Origin: a virus
Lineage: Duplodnaviria > Heunggongvirae > Uroviricota > Caudoviricetes
Virus record (IMG/VR): IMGVR_UViG_2526164668_000026
Length of the DNA stretch: 37,200 bases
Strand: one strand, 5' to 3'
The notes under the pieces were generated by a model. That model was given only the letters and a program-made list of their open reading frames with translations, ran no database searches and was not told the DNA's origin. Positions 6,275-16,385 of the stretch are shown here, piece after piece. Position 1 is the first letter of the stretch; the number at the start of each line of letters is the position of its first letter. The position numbers and the translations under genes were made by a program.

Positions 6275-9037
6275 ATGACGGCAGAGTACATCAGGGACTG
6301 GCAACAACCGCGCCACGCAGTGGGGCGTGAAGGAACGGGGATCCCCGCTCCTGAATCCGCGCTTTCCTCCTGGCTGGATGCCTACCGGGTAGAGAACGAG
6401 CGCCGCCAGGAAATGGCTGATGCGGCGTTCTCCGCCACGCCGCTGGGCAACCTGATTAATAAAAGCCTGGACGCACAGGAAAAACAGGACAAAACCATCA
6501 CACTGGCAGGAGACGCCAGAAAACAGGCACGCGGCGCGGTGGATGAAGCCATGGCCTCGCTGCGCCTGCTGCCGTCCTATCTGCGCGATCCGCTTATTCG
6601 CCACCTCTCCTTCCTGCGCAAAAAACAGGAAGCCGATCGCCGGAAAGGCAAAAAGAGCTGGCAGGCGGAACGCTATGCACGCGGAACCCTGCGCAAAATA
6701 TTCGAACGTCTGGATAGCACTGACGGACGCTGGCTGACACCGGGTTATCGCTCCCTTGCCGGACGCGAACGCCTGGACGATTTGCTTTACCTGCCGCAGC
6801 TCAACAAACACCAGATACAGACGCTGGCCACCATGACGGCGGCGATGTTCAGCAGCACCTTCGAAAAACTCTGCGATGGCTTTGGCGCGACCGATGGCGA
6901 GCTGACCATGGATGTAACCCTGAAGGCGTATCAGATGCTGGCCCGCATGGCGTTACACCTGCACGCCATGCCTCCACATTATGACGCACTGACAACAGAC
7001 AAAGACCGGAGGAACGAACCGGACACGGAGCTGCTGCCGGGCGCAATCCTTCGCCTGACCTGTGCGGAATGGTGGAAACGCAAACTGTGGCTGTTACGTT
7101 GCGAGTGGAGAGAAGAACAACTCCGCGCCGCCTGTCTGGTTTCCAGAAAAACATCACCCTATCTGAGCCAGGACGCGTTAAGCGAGTTTCGCGCACAGCG
7201 CGAGAAAACACGCGATTTCCTGAAAAGTTTCATGCTGGAAAATGAAGACGGGTTCACGATTGATCTCGAGACAGTGTATTACGCGGGAGTAAGTAACCCG
7301 GTTCACCGTAAGGCAGAAATGATGGCCACCATGAAGGGGTTGGAACTTCTGGCCGAAGCCCGTGGCGACAAAGCGGTGTTTCTGACTGTCACCTGCCCGT
7401 CAAAATACCACGCCACAACGGAGAACGGTCATCCGAATCCCAAATGGAACGGGGCCACAATGCGCGACTCCAGCGATTACCTGGTTAACACGTTTTTTGC
7501 GGCGGTCCGCAAAAAACTGAACCGCGACGGCCTGCGCTGGTATGGCATCCGCACGGTGGAGCCTCATCATGACGGCACCGTGCACTGGCATATGATGGTC
7601 TTTGCACATCCGGAAGAAATCGACACCATTGTGTCCCATACCCGCGATATTGCCATTCAGGAAGACCGCCACGAGCTGGGCAATGATATTACTCCGCGCT
7701 TTAAGGTGGAGTATGTCGACGGCTCAAAAGGCACGCCAACCAGCTACATCGCCACCTACATCGGAAAGAACCTGGACAGCCGCGCCGTGGATGGCATCGA
7801 CCCGAAAACGGGCAAGCCACGCGTGGACCACGAAACCGGAAAATCAATGGCCGAGAGCGTGGAGCGCGCCATCGGCTGGGCGCGCCTTCACCGGGTCCGT
7901 CAGTTCCAGTTCTTTGGCATCCCCTCCCGTCAGGTGTGGCGTGAACTGCGCCGCCTTGCCAGCCAGATGGCACGCAATCCGGAAGGCCCGCAACGGCTGA
8001 AAGATGATGCAATGGATGCGGTACTCGCTGCCGCCGATGCCGGGTGTTTTGCCACCTACATTAAAAAACAGGGTGGCGTGCTTGTTCCACGCAAGGACTA
8101 CCTGATTCGCACCGCCTACGACCTCGCAGATGAGCTGAACGATTACGGCGAACAGAGCGTACAGATTTACGGAATCTGGTCACCACTCATCGGGGAATCC
8201 TCCCGTGTGTGCACGCATCCGGATAACTGGAAGCTAGTAAGACGTAAACCGGAAGCGGAAGACAGCGCCCGCGAAAATGGTTTTGACCTTCAGGGCGGCC
8301 CTGCCGCCCCTTGGACTCGTGGCAATAACTGTCCCCGTGTACAGGAAACAGACAACAACAGGACAGAACAGCCGGAAGAACGGCCAGCACTGTGGCCGCA
8401 GCTTCCTGACGGCGTTGATGTGGATGAATGGATGCGCTCACTGAAACGGCACGAACGCCGGGCGCTGATGCGTTCGCTGCGTGACAAACAGGCAAAAAAC
8501 AGCAGTGATGAAATGCAGAGCTGGACACAGAGCCGCAAACAGCAGCGGCCTTTGCCTGATAACCACGAATTACTCGCTAAAGAATGGCGGGAATCTGCCG
8601 AATCTCTCGGCCTGCATATCGGTGAACAGCAGATGCAGCACCTGTTACGGGGCGGCAGCTTGTACGTTGACGGCAGCATCATTGCACCACAGGGATTTGA
8701 AATTGTACGCAAACCGGATACCCGCCCGGACAGCCGAATCACGCAGCTCTGGCAGCGCCTGAGCCGTAATCACGGCGTAAGCAGCACGGAGATCCGCCAT
8801 AACCCGGTCGCCAGCTATCTGGAACAGCTGGGGGCATCAGACCCCAAAGCCGCCGCACGCCTGGCATCCACACTTCAGCAGGACCAGAACACCATGAAAA
8901 CCCCCGTTACTGTGCTTTCTGACATGCTGCGCGCCATTCACGACACAGAGCACACACAAAGAATCTGTGAAACAACCGAACGCGCCTGCCACAAAGCTGA
9001 CCTACTGCGAAGAGGAGTAAAGAGTGGGAACAAATAA
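6275..9037 (+). CDS. A: Replication initiation protein A (HUH rolling-circle endonuclease, P2 gpA-like)
   Basis: 920-aa ORF; HUH motif (..GTVHWHMMVFAHPEE..) followed by a tyrosine pair (..YIATYIGKN..); last large gene of the early operon. Confidence 0.85.
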   Translation: MTAEYIRDWQQPRHAVGREGTGIPAPESALSSWLDAYRVENERRQEMADAAFSATPLGNLINKSLDAQEKQDKTITLAGDARKQARGAVDEAMASLRLLPSYLRDPLIRHLSFLRKKQEADRRKGKKSWQAERYARGTLRKIFERLDSTDGRWLTPGYRSLAGRERLDDLLYLPQLNKHQIQTLATMTAAMFSSTFEKLCDGFGATDGELTMDVTLKAYQMLARMALHLHAMPPHYDALTTDKDRRNEPDTELLPGAILRLTCAEWWKRKLWLLRCEWREEQLRAACLVSRKTSPYLSQDALSEFRAQREKTRDFLKSFMLENEDGFTIDLETVYYAGVSNPVHRKAEMMATMKGLELLAEARGDKAVFLTVTCPSKYHATTENGHPNPKWNGATMRDSSDYLVNTFFAAVRKKLNRDGLRWYGIRTVEPHHDGTVHWHMMVFAHPEEIDTIVSHTRDIAIQEDRHELGNDITPRFKVEYVDGSKGTPTSYIATYIGKNLDSRAVDGIDPKTGKPRVDHETGKSMAESVERAIGWARLHRVRQFQFFGIPSRQVWRELRRLASQMARNPEGPQRLKDDAMDAVLAAADAGCFATYIKKQGGVLVPRKDYLIRTAYDLADELNDYGEQSVQIYGIWSPLIGESSRVCTHPDNWKLVRRKPEAEDSARENGFDLQGGPAAPWTRGNNCPRVQETDNNRTEQPEERPALWPQLPDGVDVDEWMRSLKRHERRALMRSLRDKQAKNSSDEMQSWTQSRKQQRPLPDNHELLAKEWRESAESLGLHIGEQQMQHLLRGGSLYVDGSIIAPQGFEIVRKPDTRPDSRITQLWQRLSRNHGVSSTEIRHNPVASYLEQLGASDPKAAARLASTLQQDQNTMKTPVTVLSDMLRAIHDTEHTQRICETTERACHKADLLRRGVKSGNK

Positions 9038-9257
9038 TCAAAAGAAACGGAGTTTGAAAATCAAATGATAAATAAAAGAAGGATATTCACACAGAACATG
9101 TGTATCTATGAAATGCCAATAAAATTAAATTGGTATGGACCACAAACTATGTAACATAGTGGGCTTAAACAACTTCAAATAATAAAAATAAGTAAAGCCC
9201 TAAGTCCAATCATTTAAGGCTTCAATTATCTTAGTGATTAAATATGACTCACAGTTC

Positions 9258-10622
9258 TTATTTTATAGTCATATTAGCTATTGATGTGGAAATATTAAAG
9301 ATATGGTTATATTCAAACGCAAAATCACCTTCTATACGCTGAACATAACTTCCCTTTTCATTACGTAATAGTTTTAATGTTTCTTTATCGATGTAATAAT
9401 AATCCAATAGTTCTTTAAGCAATTTAATTTCCGTCTTTGATGAAAAATAATCAGATTTTATATTAAGTAATTCTAATATCTCTTCAGAAGACATTTCCTT
9501 CTTAAGTAGTCGATTTAACATATCTGGAGAAGTTACTTTCAAGAAACAAACCAATGCTAATGCAATCATATAATAATTATCATCATTATTCGCTATACAC
9601 GTATGATTATCCACTACAAGCATAGTTGAAATACATCGTTCAACTTCTCGCAGCGAGCAATTATTGGTTTCAATCAAGCATGATAAGACTCTTACAAAAG
9701 CACCATCTGTATTAATACCTAGAGAGTGATTCTGTTGTAGAGTTTTTTTAATATACGTTGTAATCGTTGTTTTGTTAGATGCTTGTAACACCATAGAGTC
9801 ATACATATTTATTTTGGGCAAAGAAAACCAATAATGAATAAATTTATTCAAGTACAGACCAGTATTGATATCACCATATTTATATGCAATTCCCTTTTCA
9901 AATTGCTCTCGATTCATTACCAATAAGAAAACCATACCTTTCACAGAAAAAAGATGCTTAATTTTTTCCAATAGCTCTAGAGAATAATCTGGGCGGGCTC
10001 GATCAAGTTCATCAATAATAATCAAGGTTTTTCTCTTTGTATTTGTATATATTTCTTCTAAAGCTTTTTTAAAGTCAGCAATTGAGTTTTTTTCCTGCTC
10101 CATGGATTTTATTTTCTCTTCAACAAAAGACTCTAACTCACTATTAATGGAATCGCTAACTGTTTTTCCTGCCTCATCAAGAGCAGAACCATTCACAACA
10201 CCTGCTGTCAGGGTTGTAATAGCTACCTTTGCACCTCCGATTAATATTTTTGCACCTATTTTCTTACCAGTTTTAATAATGCGATCAGCTACATCTTCGG
10301 CCTCTACTCCTCTGTGTTTTAGTAAATTATATAGTTCAGATGATATTGAAATAAATGGATCTGATTGATAATCATTTTCAAATGCATCGAAATAAACAAC
10401 ATCTATATATTCACTATTAGTTAATTCTAATTCTGATTTTAACATCTTAACAAATGATGTTTTACCGCTACCCCATATATCATCTAACGCAAAAACCAAA
10501 TTTGAGTCAGGAGCATTAATAATAAGCCGTATCATTTGATCATATAATGTCTTACGATTAAATATGTCAGATGTAATATCAAAACCATTCTCAAAACCAT
10601 TCTGATTAGTAGTTATATTCAT
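9258..10622 (-). CDS. KAP-family P-loop NTPase (candidate stand-alone anti-phage defence gene)
   Basis: 454-aa ORF; Walker A DDIWGSGKTSF, Walker B LIIIDELDRA, hydrophobic Gly-rich insert (IGAKILIGGAKVAITTLTAGVV) between them as in KAP NTPases; GGAG RBS 5 nt upstream of ATG; sits in a visibly AT-rich island at the position of P2 tin/old. Confidence 0.8.
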   Translation of the reverse strand: MNITTNQNGFENGFDITSDIFNRKTLYDQMIRLIINAPDSNLVFALDDIWGSGKTSFVKMLKSELELTNSEYIDVVYFDAFENDYQSDPFISISSELYNLLKHRGVEAEDVADRIIKTGKKIGAKILIGGAKVAITTLTAGVVNGSALDEAGKTVSDSINSELESFVEEKIKSMEQEKNSIADFKKALEEIYTNTKRKTLIIIDELDRARPDYSLELLEKIKHLFSVKGMVFLLVMNREQFEKGIAYKYGDINTGLYLNKFIHYWFSLPKINMYDSMVLQASNKTTITTYIKKTLQQNHSLGINTDGAFVRVLSCLIETNNCSLREVERCISTMLVVDNHTCIANNDDNYYMIALALVCFLKVTSPDMLNRLLKKEMSSEEILELLNIKSDYFSSKTEIKLLKELLDYYYIDKETLKLLRNEKGSYVQRIEGDFAFEYNHIFNISTSIANMTIK

Positions 10623-11426
10623 AGTAACTCCATTTTTTCCTTATTGAAATTAAATTAGCATTATAAACAAACACTCTCATTAAAAAAGCAAACGAATAAT
10701 AATGATTTATGATATCTTGCTATTTATCTAAAAAATTTGCAATCACAAAAAATCATATAATTAATTAAAGGTTCTTCATGCTGAAAAATAGTTATCAAAT
10801 AGTATATAGTATTGTTTTTAATTGAATGCCATAATAATTACCTTAGTCCTTTAAAACTTCCAACGATGTGGCCCCAGTTATACAGTCACATATCAAGTCC
10901 TGAAACAGTATGCACATCAAATAGGGTTATGAATCTTTTTTCATATCTTGCGATCATTAAAATCTTCTCTGCTACGAGCAAATTTACCATCCGTTCTTTA
11001 CGTAGAAAACAGCACGATACACACTGCACAATAGTGCACAAATTTGCACAATTTTTTTGAACGACTTTTTGCCCTTCCGGCCCGCGTGGCGGCTGGATCC
11101 GTCAGGGATCCGTGCGTGCACAAAAAAACGCGCTTTTTCTGCGCGCAGGTGACGGGGGAACAGCCCGCGTTTCAGGGGGTAAATAGCGTTCCCTTAACGA
11201 TGTCGCAGCGACACGACAGAATGGCCGTATTTCTCACGCTGAGCGTGAAAAATACGTGAGGGATTCTGATTTGATGGGGTGAAAGGTAAGGCCGTCAAAA
11301 TCGCACTGAGGCGGCGAGAACATGCAGTCAACGCGGTGGGATTGCGTAAGAGTCTGAACGTCGATGGTGGCGATAAACTGGAAGGCGTCGTGAAATTATC
11401 TGACTGATACAGGAGCTGGAGAGTCG

Positions 11427-11449
11427 GGGCATAAATTTTTTATGCCCCG
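11427..11449 (-). terminator. Stem-loop terminator downstream of portal gene Q
   Basis: Palindrome ggggcataaa..tttatgcccc with central T-run, just downstream (minus strand) of the Q stop. Confidence 0.45.
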
Positions 11450-11475
11450 GCGAAGCAGCAGACAAGCGAAGCGCG

Positions 11476-12522
11476 TCAGGATGTGGGCTGGATGTCTAAC
11501 AGTGCGTAAGGGTTAAAGCGGATCACCTCTTCGCCAAACCAGTCATTGATGTGCTTCATGGCCTCCATGACGGGCATCAGCTCGTTAATTGCGTAAACCC
11601 GCGCGGCCTTCTCCACATCACCAAACGCACTTTTTTCACCCGGCATCGCCCCCATCAGTTGCGGCGGAACGCGGTGCGCAGCCAGCACATCATCACGGGA
11701 TGCCGCCTTAACATTCATGAACTCATCCTTTGCGGTGATCTGCTGGAACGGCAAAATTTGCACCCCCTCTTTGCCCCCGTTGGGCGCATGAATGAGCACG
11801 TTTTTAAACGCACCGCCACCACGTGCACCCTGTAGCGTTTCTTTCAGGGAGTCCATGCTTTCGCGGTTTACCTGCGCTGCACCGATGTAGATGATGCACC
11901 CGGCGTGGGATCCGTTGTCGTAATACAGTTTTCTGAACATGTCCGCCGAATGAGACAGGCTGGCCGAGAGTAATGCGCCGAGATATTCCGGCATGCCGTA
12001 GATTTCCTGGTTAATGTCAGGATTCATCAGGTGGCACACTTTGCCAGGGCGAAACTGAAACGCGTCCTTACCATCCTGCACATACCACCATGATTCAAGA
12101 TCGCTTCCGCGTCGCATGTATTTCGCCAGGGCGTGCCGTAATTTAAGCGGTTCGCCGAGCATATTGCTTCGAAGCTCAAGGAATGCGTTACCGAACACAA
12201 ACCAGTCCAGCGCCAGCGCCGAGAAATCCTGCCGGGAAAGCAGCGGGTGCGGAATATAGCAACCGAGCAATACATTGCGCTTAAAGTAAAGCGCAGACTG
12301 ATGCCAGGACGTTTGCCGGGCAGCTCTTGCCAGACCGTACCAGTCCACCGGGGTTTCATACCACCGCCCGTTATCAGCACAGTACATATTGTCCAGCAAA
12401 TCATGCCCGGTCAGGCGATAAGGACCATCAAATGTGAATGCACTGAGCGACGATTCTTTCCTGAGCGCATCAGCGAGATCAATGCGTGAACTCATGCGCA
12501 CTTTTTTATTTTTTCTGCTCAT
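11476..12522 (-). CDS. Q: Portal protein (P2 gpQ-like)
   Basis: 348-aa ORF, leftward, adjacent to and overlapping the terminase ATPase gene, as in P2 Q-P. Confidence 0.85.
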   Translation of the reverse strand: MSRKNKKVRMSSRIDLADALRKESSLSAFTFDGPYRLTGHDLLDNMYCADNGRWYETPVDWYGLARAARQTSWHQSALYFKRNVLLGCYIPHPLLSRQDFSALALDWFVFGNAFLELRSNMLGEPLKLRHALAKYMRRGSDLESWWYVQDGKDAFQFRPGKVCHLMNPDINQEIYGMPEYLGALLSASLSHSADMFRKLYYDNGSHAGCIIYIGAAQVNRESMDSLKETLQGARGGGAFKNVLIHAPNGGKEGVQILPFQQITAKDEFMNVKAASRDDVLAAHRVPPQLMGAMPGEKSAFGDVEKAARVYAINELMPVMEAMKHINDWFGEEVIRFNPYALLDIQPTS

Positions 12523-14273
12523 CAGAACTCCATAACCGTGAAACGCTCGTTTTCTCCTTCGCCGCCAATCGGTTCGTTAATGACAGCAAGCATGGTTGCC
12601 CACGCAAGGTCGCCGTGGCTGATCCCCCTCGCGCGGTCCGTTTCGTAAGTGATAAAACCGCCCGGTGTTTTCACCTTACGCACGGCGTTAAAGGCCGCGA
12701 CCAGCTCGCGTTCGGCGCGATCGTATTCCCACCGCCCGGCACGCATTATTTGCAGCATTTTCAGTACCAGCGACCGTTTTGATGACAGCGTGAAGGTGTA
12801 CGGAATAGCAGCAGGGAAAAACCGTTTCACTATCTGATAAACAGCCTCCCCGTTCCCGCCCGTCACATCAATGCCGATGTGTTCCACGTTGTAGCGATAC
12901 GTGAACTCTTCAATGACTCTGGCCTGTTCTTCAAACTCCAGCCCCTGAACGCGTCGCGTCTCCACCGTTCGAAAACGGCCACCAGGAACAGCCGGAGGAA
13001 CCACCACGGACACTGCGCCGCTGTCGCCGTTTCCACTGCTGCCGTTTGCGTCATACCCAATCCATACCGGACGATTCCCCATCGGGCGGGGAGCAAAAGG
13101 TTTCCAGTCTTTCCAGTCGTCGTATCCGTCAACACCGCAGCCAATCAGGATATTCAGGTTAAATGCCGATTCCCCTTCGCGGACAAACTCACACATATAG
13201 AGATTGAGGAACTCGTCTTCGGTGTTTTCATCACGAATTTCGTCGATATCGGTGTGTTTCCAGCCGTGATTAACCACATCTTCCAGCGTGACAATTTGCC
13301 GCCACGTCCGGTCAGGGCAGATAAGCCCGTTATGCAGCGTTTTCCAGTCCACAGAAAAACGCTGGCGTTTATGCGAGGCCTTTTTCTCGTTCCAGCGGTC
13401 GCCGTTCCAGTAGGCGTATGCCTCGTGCGTTTCGGTGGATGGCGTGGAGAAGTAGGTGCGCCGCAGTCCGCTGAGGGTTGCCATAGCGCCAGCCACCTTG
13501 CGCAGTTCAGCAAAGCGACTGACCCAGAAAAATTCATCAAAATAAAAATTGCCCGTATAGGACTGTGCCGACGCAGCAGAAGTGCCGAGAAAATGCAGCT
13601 CTGCGCCGTTGGAGAGGATGATTTTATCGCCCCCTTTCAGCTCCACATCAACTTCAGCCGCGGCCTTCTGAATAATGCTTTTAAACTGGAACGCCTGACG
13701 ACGCGACGCAGACAAAAAAATCTGGTTACGCTGGTAAGGTTGCGCCACATCGTCACGCAGCGCCATCAGCAGTGCTTCCTGTGCAAAATACCAGGTCGCC
13801 CCAATCTGTCGGGATTTCAGGATCATCCTGTTACGTATCCCGGCTTCCCTGCAAAGGGTCAGGGAGTCAAACCAGCCCCGCTGATGCCACTCCAGCCTGC
13901 TGATGATTTTTTCCCGCAGTGCGGCAATCTGTTCCGGCGTGAAATGATTTTTGAGTTTTTTCGCCCGGCCTTTCTTTCCTGCGGCCATCACATCCGGCTG
14001 ACCATCATGCAGCTTTTTAAGCTGCCGGGTCAGCAGGTCTATTTCCTTAAAGTCACCGCCTGTTTTATTCTGTTTTTCAGTAAGCTGGATGAGGCGCGCA
14101 TCGATGGACTGCGTGACACGCTGCACGGGTGGCGTTTCATCCCACTGGTCACGTTTTTTCCACGCATAAATCGTGTTCGGGTTTATTCCCATCAGACGTG
14201 ATATTTCTGCGGGCGGATAACCCTGCCAGTAAAGTTGCCGCGCACGCTGGCGCACAAAAGCGTCCTGAATCAT
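12522..14273 (-). CDS. P: Terminase large (ATPase) subunit (P2 gpP-like)
   Basis: 583-aa ORF; leftward, paired with portal gene and divergent from the scaffold/capsid operon. Confidence 0.85.
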   Translation of the reverse strand: MIQDAFVRQRARQLYWQGYPPAEISRLMGINPNTIYAWKKRDQWDETPPVQRVTQSIDARLIQLTEKQNKTGGDFKEIDLLTRQLKKLHDGQPDVMAAGKKGRAKKLKNHFTPEQIAALREKIISRLEWHQRGWFDSLTLCREAGIRNRMILKSRQIGATWYFAQEALLMALRDDVAQPYQRNQIFLSASRRQAFQFKSIIQKAAAEVDVELKGGDKIILSNGAELHFLGTSAASAQSYTGNFYFDEFFWVSRFAELRKVAGAMATLSGLRRTYFSTPSTETHEAYAYWNGDRWNEKKASHKRQRFSVDWKTLHNGLICPDRTWRQIVTLEDVVNHGWKHTDIDEIRDENTEDEFLNLYMCEFVREGESAFNLNILIGCGVDGYDDWKDWKPFAPRPMGNRPVWIGYDANGSSGNGDSGAVSVVVPPAVPGGRFRTVETRRVQGLEFEEQARVIEEFTYRYNVEHIGIDVTGGNGEAVYQIVKRFFPAAIPYTFTLSSKRSLVLKMLQIMRAGRWEYDRAERELVAAFNAVRKVKTPGGFITYETDRARGISHGDLAWATMLAVINEPIGGEGENERFTVMEF

Positions 14274-14427
14274 TGCTCCCCCTGAGTAATTACAGGAAGA
14301 TTACCCGCGCGCGAAACTGTTCTCCTTAACCCCCTGTTCTGGCCGTTTTCTTACAACAAAAGCCCTTTGTATCAGCCTGTTACGCTTTGCCATCATGACT
14401 GAAGAACCAGTCAGAGGGGCAAAAACT

Positions 14428-15264
14428 ATGGCTAATGAAAAAAAGACATCCCGCAAAAAGTTTCGCGTGGCTGTCTCCGGATCAACTGTTGATGGCCGTG
14501 AAATCAGTCCGGTGCATCTGCGTGAAGCCGCCGAGAACTTCAACCCGGATGTTTACGCTGCCCGCGTGAACGTTGAGCACTATCTCTCGCCATGCCCGTC
14601 AAGCGAATTTTCCGCAATGGGCGATGTCACCGCACTGAGTACGGAAGACATTACGGAAGGTCCGCTGGCCGGACGTACTGCGCTGTATGCAGAAATCGAA
14701 CCGACCGAGCGCATGAAGCAGCTTGTCGCTGACGGCAAGAAAATCTATTCCAGTATCGAACTGCACCCGCAGTTCTCAGTTAACGGGCGCGCCTATCTGG
14801 TCGGGCTGGCGATGACCGACACCCCGGCAAGCCTGGGCACTGAGCGCCTGAAATTCACGGCACAGCAACGTCAGGCAGTAATGACGTTCAACAGTGTCCA
14901 GGGTGAAGCACCGCTTATCTCCGAAGCCATCGAGTCTGAAATCATCGAAATGGCAGAACAACGCCAGGAAGAAGGCACCCAGTGGTTTAACCGCGTAATG
15001 GGGATTATTGGTCGTGGCCGCAAAGCGGATGACGCCAGTTTCTCCCGTATTCAGGAAGCGCTGGAAGGCGTCGCAACGTCACAGGCCGACATTATCGACC
15101 GTTTTAATGTGCTGGAAACCCGCCATCAGCAGGACCGCCAGAAAATCACGTCACTGACCACAGAGCTGACGGCACTGAAGGAAAAACTGCGCACGCAGGA
15201 CGGCGATCCGCAGAACCGCTTCACCGCAACGGGCGCAGCCTCCGACCAGCTGGCTGACTTCTGA
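14428..15264 (+). CDS. O: Capsid scaffolding protein (P2 gpO-like)
   Basis: Start chosen at ATG 14428 (MANEKKTSRKKFRVAVSGSTVDGREISP.., GAGGGG RBS upstream), matching the gpO N-terminal pattern; the ORF-track start at 14395 is probably too early. Confidence 0.85.
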   Translation: MANEKKTSRKKFRVAVSGSTVDGREISPVHLREAAENFNPDVYAARVNVEHYLSPCPSSEFSAMGDVTALSTEDITEGPLAGRTALYAEIEPTERMKQLVADGKKIYSSIELHPQFSVNGRAYLVGLAMTDTPASLGTERLKFTAQQRQAVMTFNSVQGEAPLISEAIESEIIEMAEQRQEEGTQWFNRVMGIIGRGRKADDASFSRIQEALEGVATSQADIIDRFNVLETRHQQDRQKITSLTTELTALKEKLRTQDGDPQNRFTATGAASDQLADF

Positions 15265-15287
15265 TAAGACAAAGGAGCAAATTTTTT

Positions 15288-16340
15288 ATGAATCTGGTGA
15301 TGTCAGATATTACCCGCAACAAGCTGGGTTGCTATATGGCGCAGCAGGCGTCGCTTAACAATATCCCGGTTTCTGCACTGGTATCGCGATTTACCGTGGA
15401 ACCCGCGGTGCAGCAGCGTTTTGAAAACGCCTCAAAGGAAAGTACCGAATTTACGAAAAGAATTAACGTGATCGGCGTGACCGACCAGAAAGGCGAAAAA
15501 ATCCTCCTGGATACCACAGGACCGATTGCGCGCACGAATACCAGTTATGACGGAACAAAACGCCGTAACCCGAATAACGTGGTTGATCTGAAAAACCGCA
15601 AATACCAGTGCGAACAGGTGAACTACGACACGTTTATTTCGTATCCGCAGCTTGATGCCTGGTCGGCACACCCTGATTTTCAGTCCCGCATCAGCGCACA
15701 GATTGCCCGGCAGGTGGCACTTGACCGCATCATGATCGGTTTCAACGGCACGTCTCACGCGGATGAGTCCAACTTCAGCACCAACAAGCTGCTTCAGGAC
15801 GTTAACGTGGGGTGGCTGGAGCACATCAGAACCGACGCCAACGAGCGCGTTATGAATGACGTGACGTTGACCTCACGCAACATGGACAACACCGTGGCGC
15901 ACGCGGGTAAGTATGCGAACGCTGATGCACTGGTACAGGACGCACGCTCATCCCTGCTGGATGAATGGCACAAGGAAGCTGACGACCTCGTGGTGATTAT
16001 GGGGCGCAACCTGTTTAACTCGCTGCGTCTGCCCGTGCTGAACAGCATCAGCGGCCAGAATCCCAATGCGGAATTACTTGCCGGGCAGCTCATCCTGTCA
16101 TCGCGCACCATTGGCGGGCTGGGCGTGTTCCTTGCGCCGTTCTTCCCGGATGCAACGATGCTGATCACCTCGTTCAACAACCTGTCGATTTACTGGCAGA
16201 AAGGTTCAATGCGTCGTCTGATGAAAGACGAACCGGAATACAACCGCATCGCCACCTACCAGTCCATCAATGACGCTTATGTCGTTGAAGACTATGGCAA
16301 GTGCGCGATGGTCACTGGCCTGAAGTTCGCCGACAGCTAA
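15288..16340 (+). CDS. N: Major capsid protein (P2 gpN-like)
   Basis: 350-aa ORF directly after the scaffold gene with AAAGGAG RBS. Confidence 0.9.
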   Translation: MNLVMSDITRNKLGCYMAQQASLNNIPVSALVSRFTVEPAVQQRFENASKESTEFTKRINVIGVTDQKGEKILLDTTGPIARTNTSYDGTKRRNPNNVVDLKNRKYQCEQVNYDTFISYPQLDAWSAHPDFQSRISAQIARQVALDRIMIGFNGTSHADESNFSTNKLLQDVNVGWLEHIRTDANERVMNDVTLTSRNMDNTVAHAGKYANADALVQDARSSLLDEWHKEADDLVVIMGRNLFNSLRLPVLNSISGQNPNAELLAGQLILSSRTIGGLGVFLAPFFPDATMLITSFNNLSIYWQKGSMRRLMKDEPEYNRIATYQSINDAYVVEDYGKCAMVTGLKFADS

Positions 16341-16385
16341 TCAACTCACGGCGGGCATCATGCCCGCCTGTAACGGAGAGAAAAA

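Noticed and set aside
5738-6811. 357-aa minus-strand ORF overlapping the upstream early gene and the start of gene A
   Set aside because: Antisense to two well-supported genes in a GC-rich region; low-complexity Ala/Arg/Gly-rich translation; no RBS or operon context. Treated as a frame artefact.
10812-11259. Small plus-strand ORFs (82 and 71 aa) in the cos-proximal region
   Set aside because: No RBS; they cross the AT/GC compositional boundary and the repeat-rich presumed packaging region; more likely non-coding.
12879-14201. 440-aa plus-strand ORF antisense to the terminase large subunit gene
   Set aside because: Entirely contained within the clearly coding terminase gene on the opposite strand; Arg/Pro-rich translation typical of antisense frames.
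14274-14427. Attempt to pinpoint Ogr-type late promoter dyads (TGT-N12-ACA) in the P/O divergent region
   Set aside because: Only imperfect or wrongly spaced TGT...ACA pairs found by eye (e.g. N15); not confident enough to annotate a specific site.
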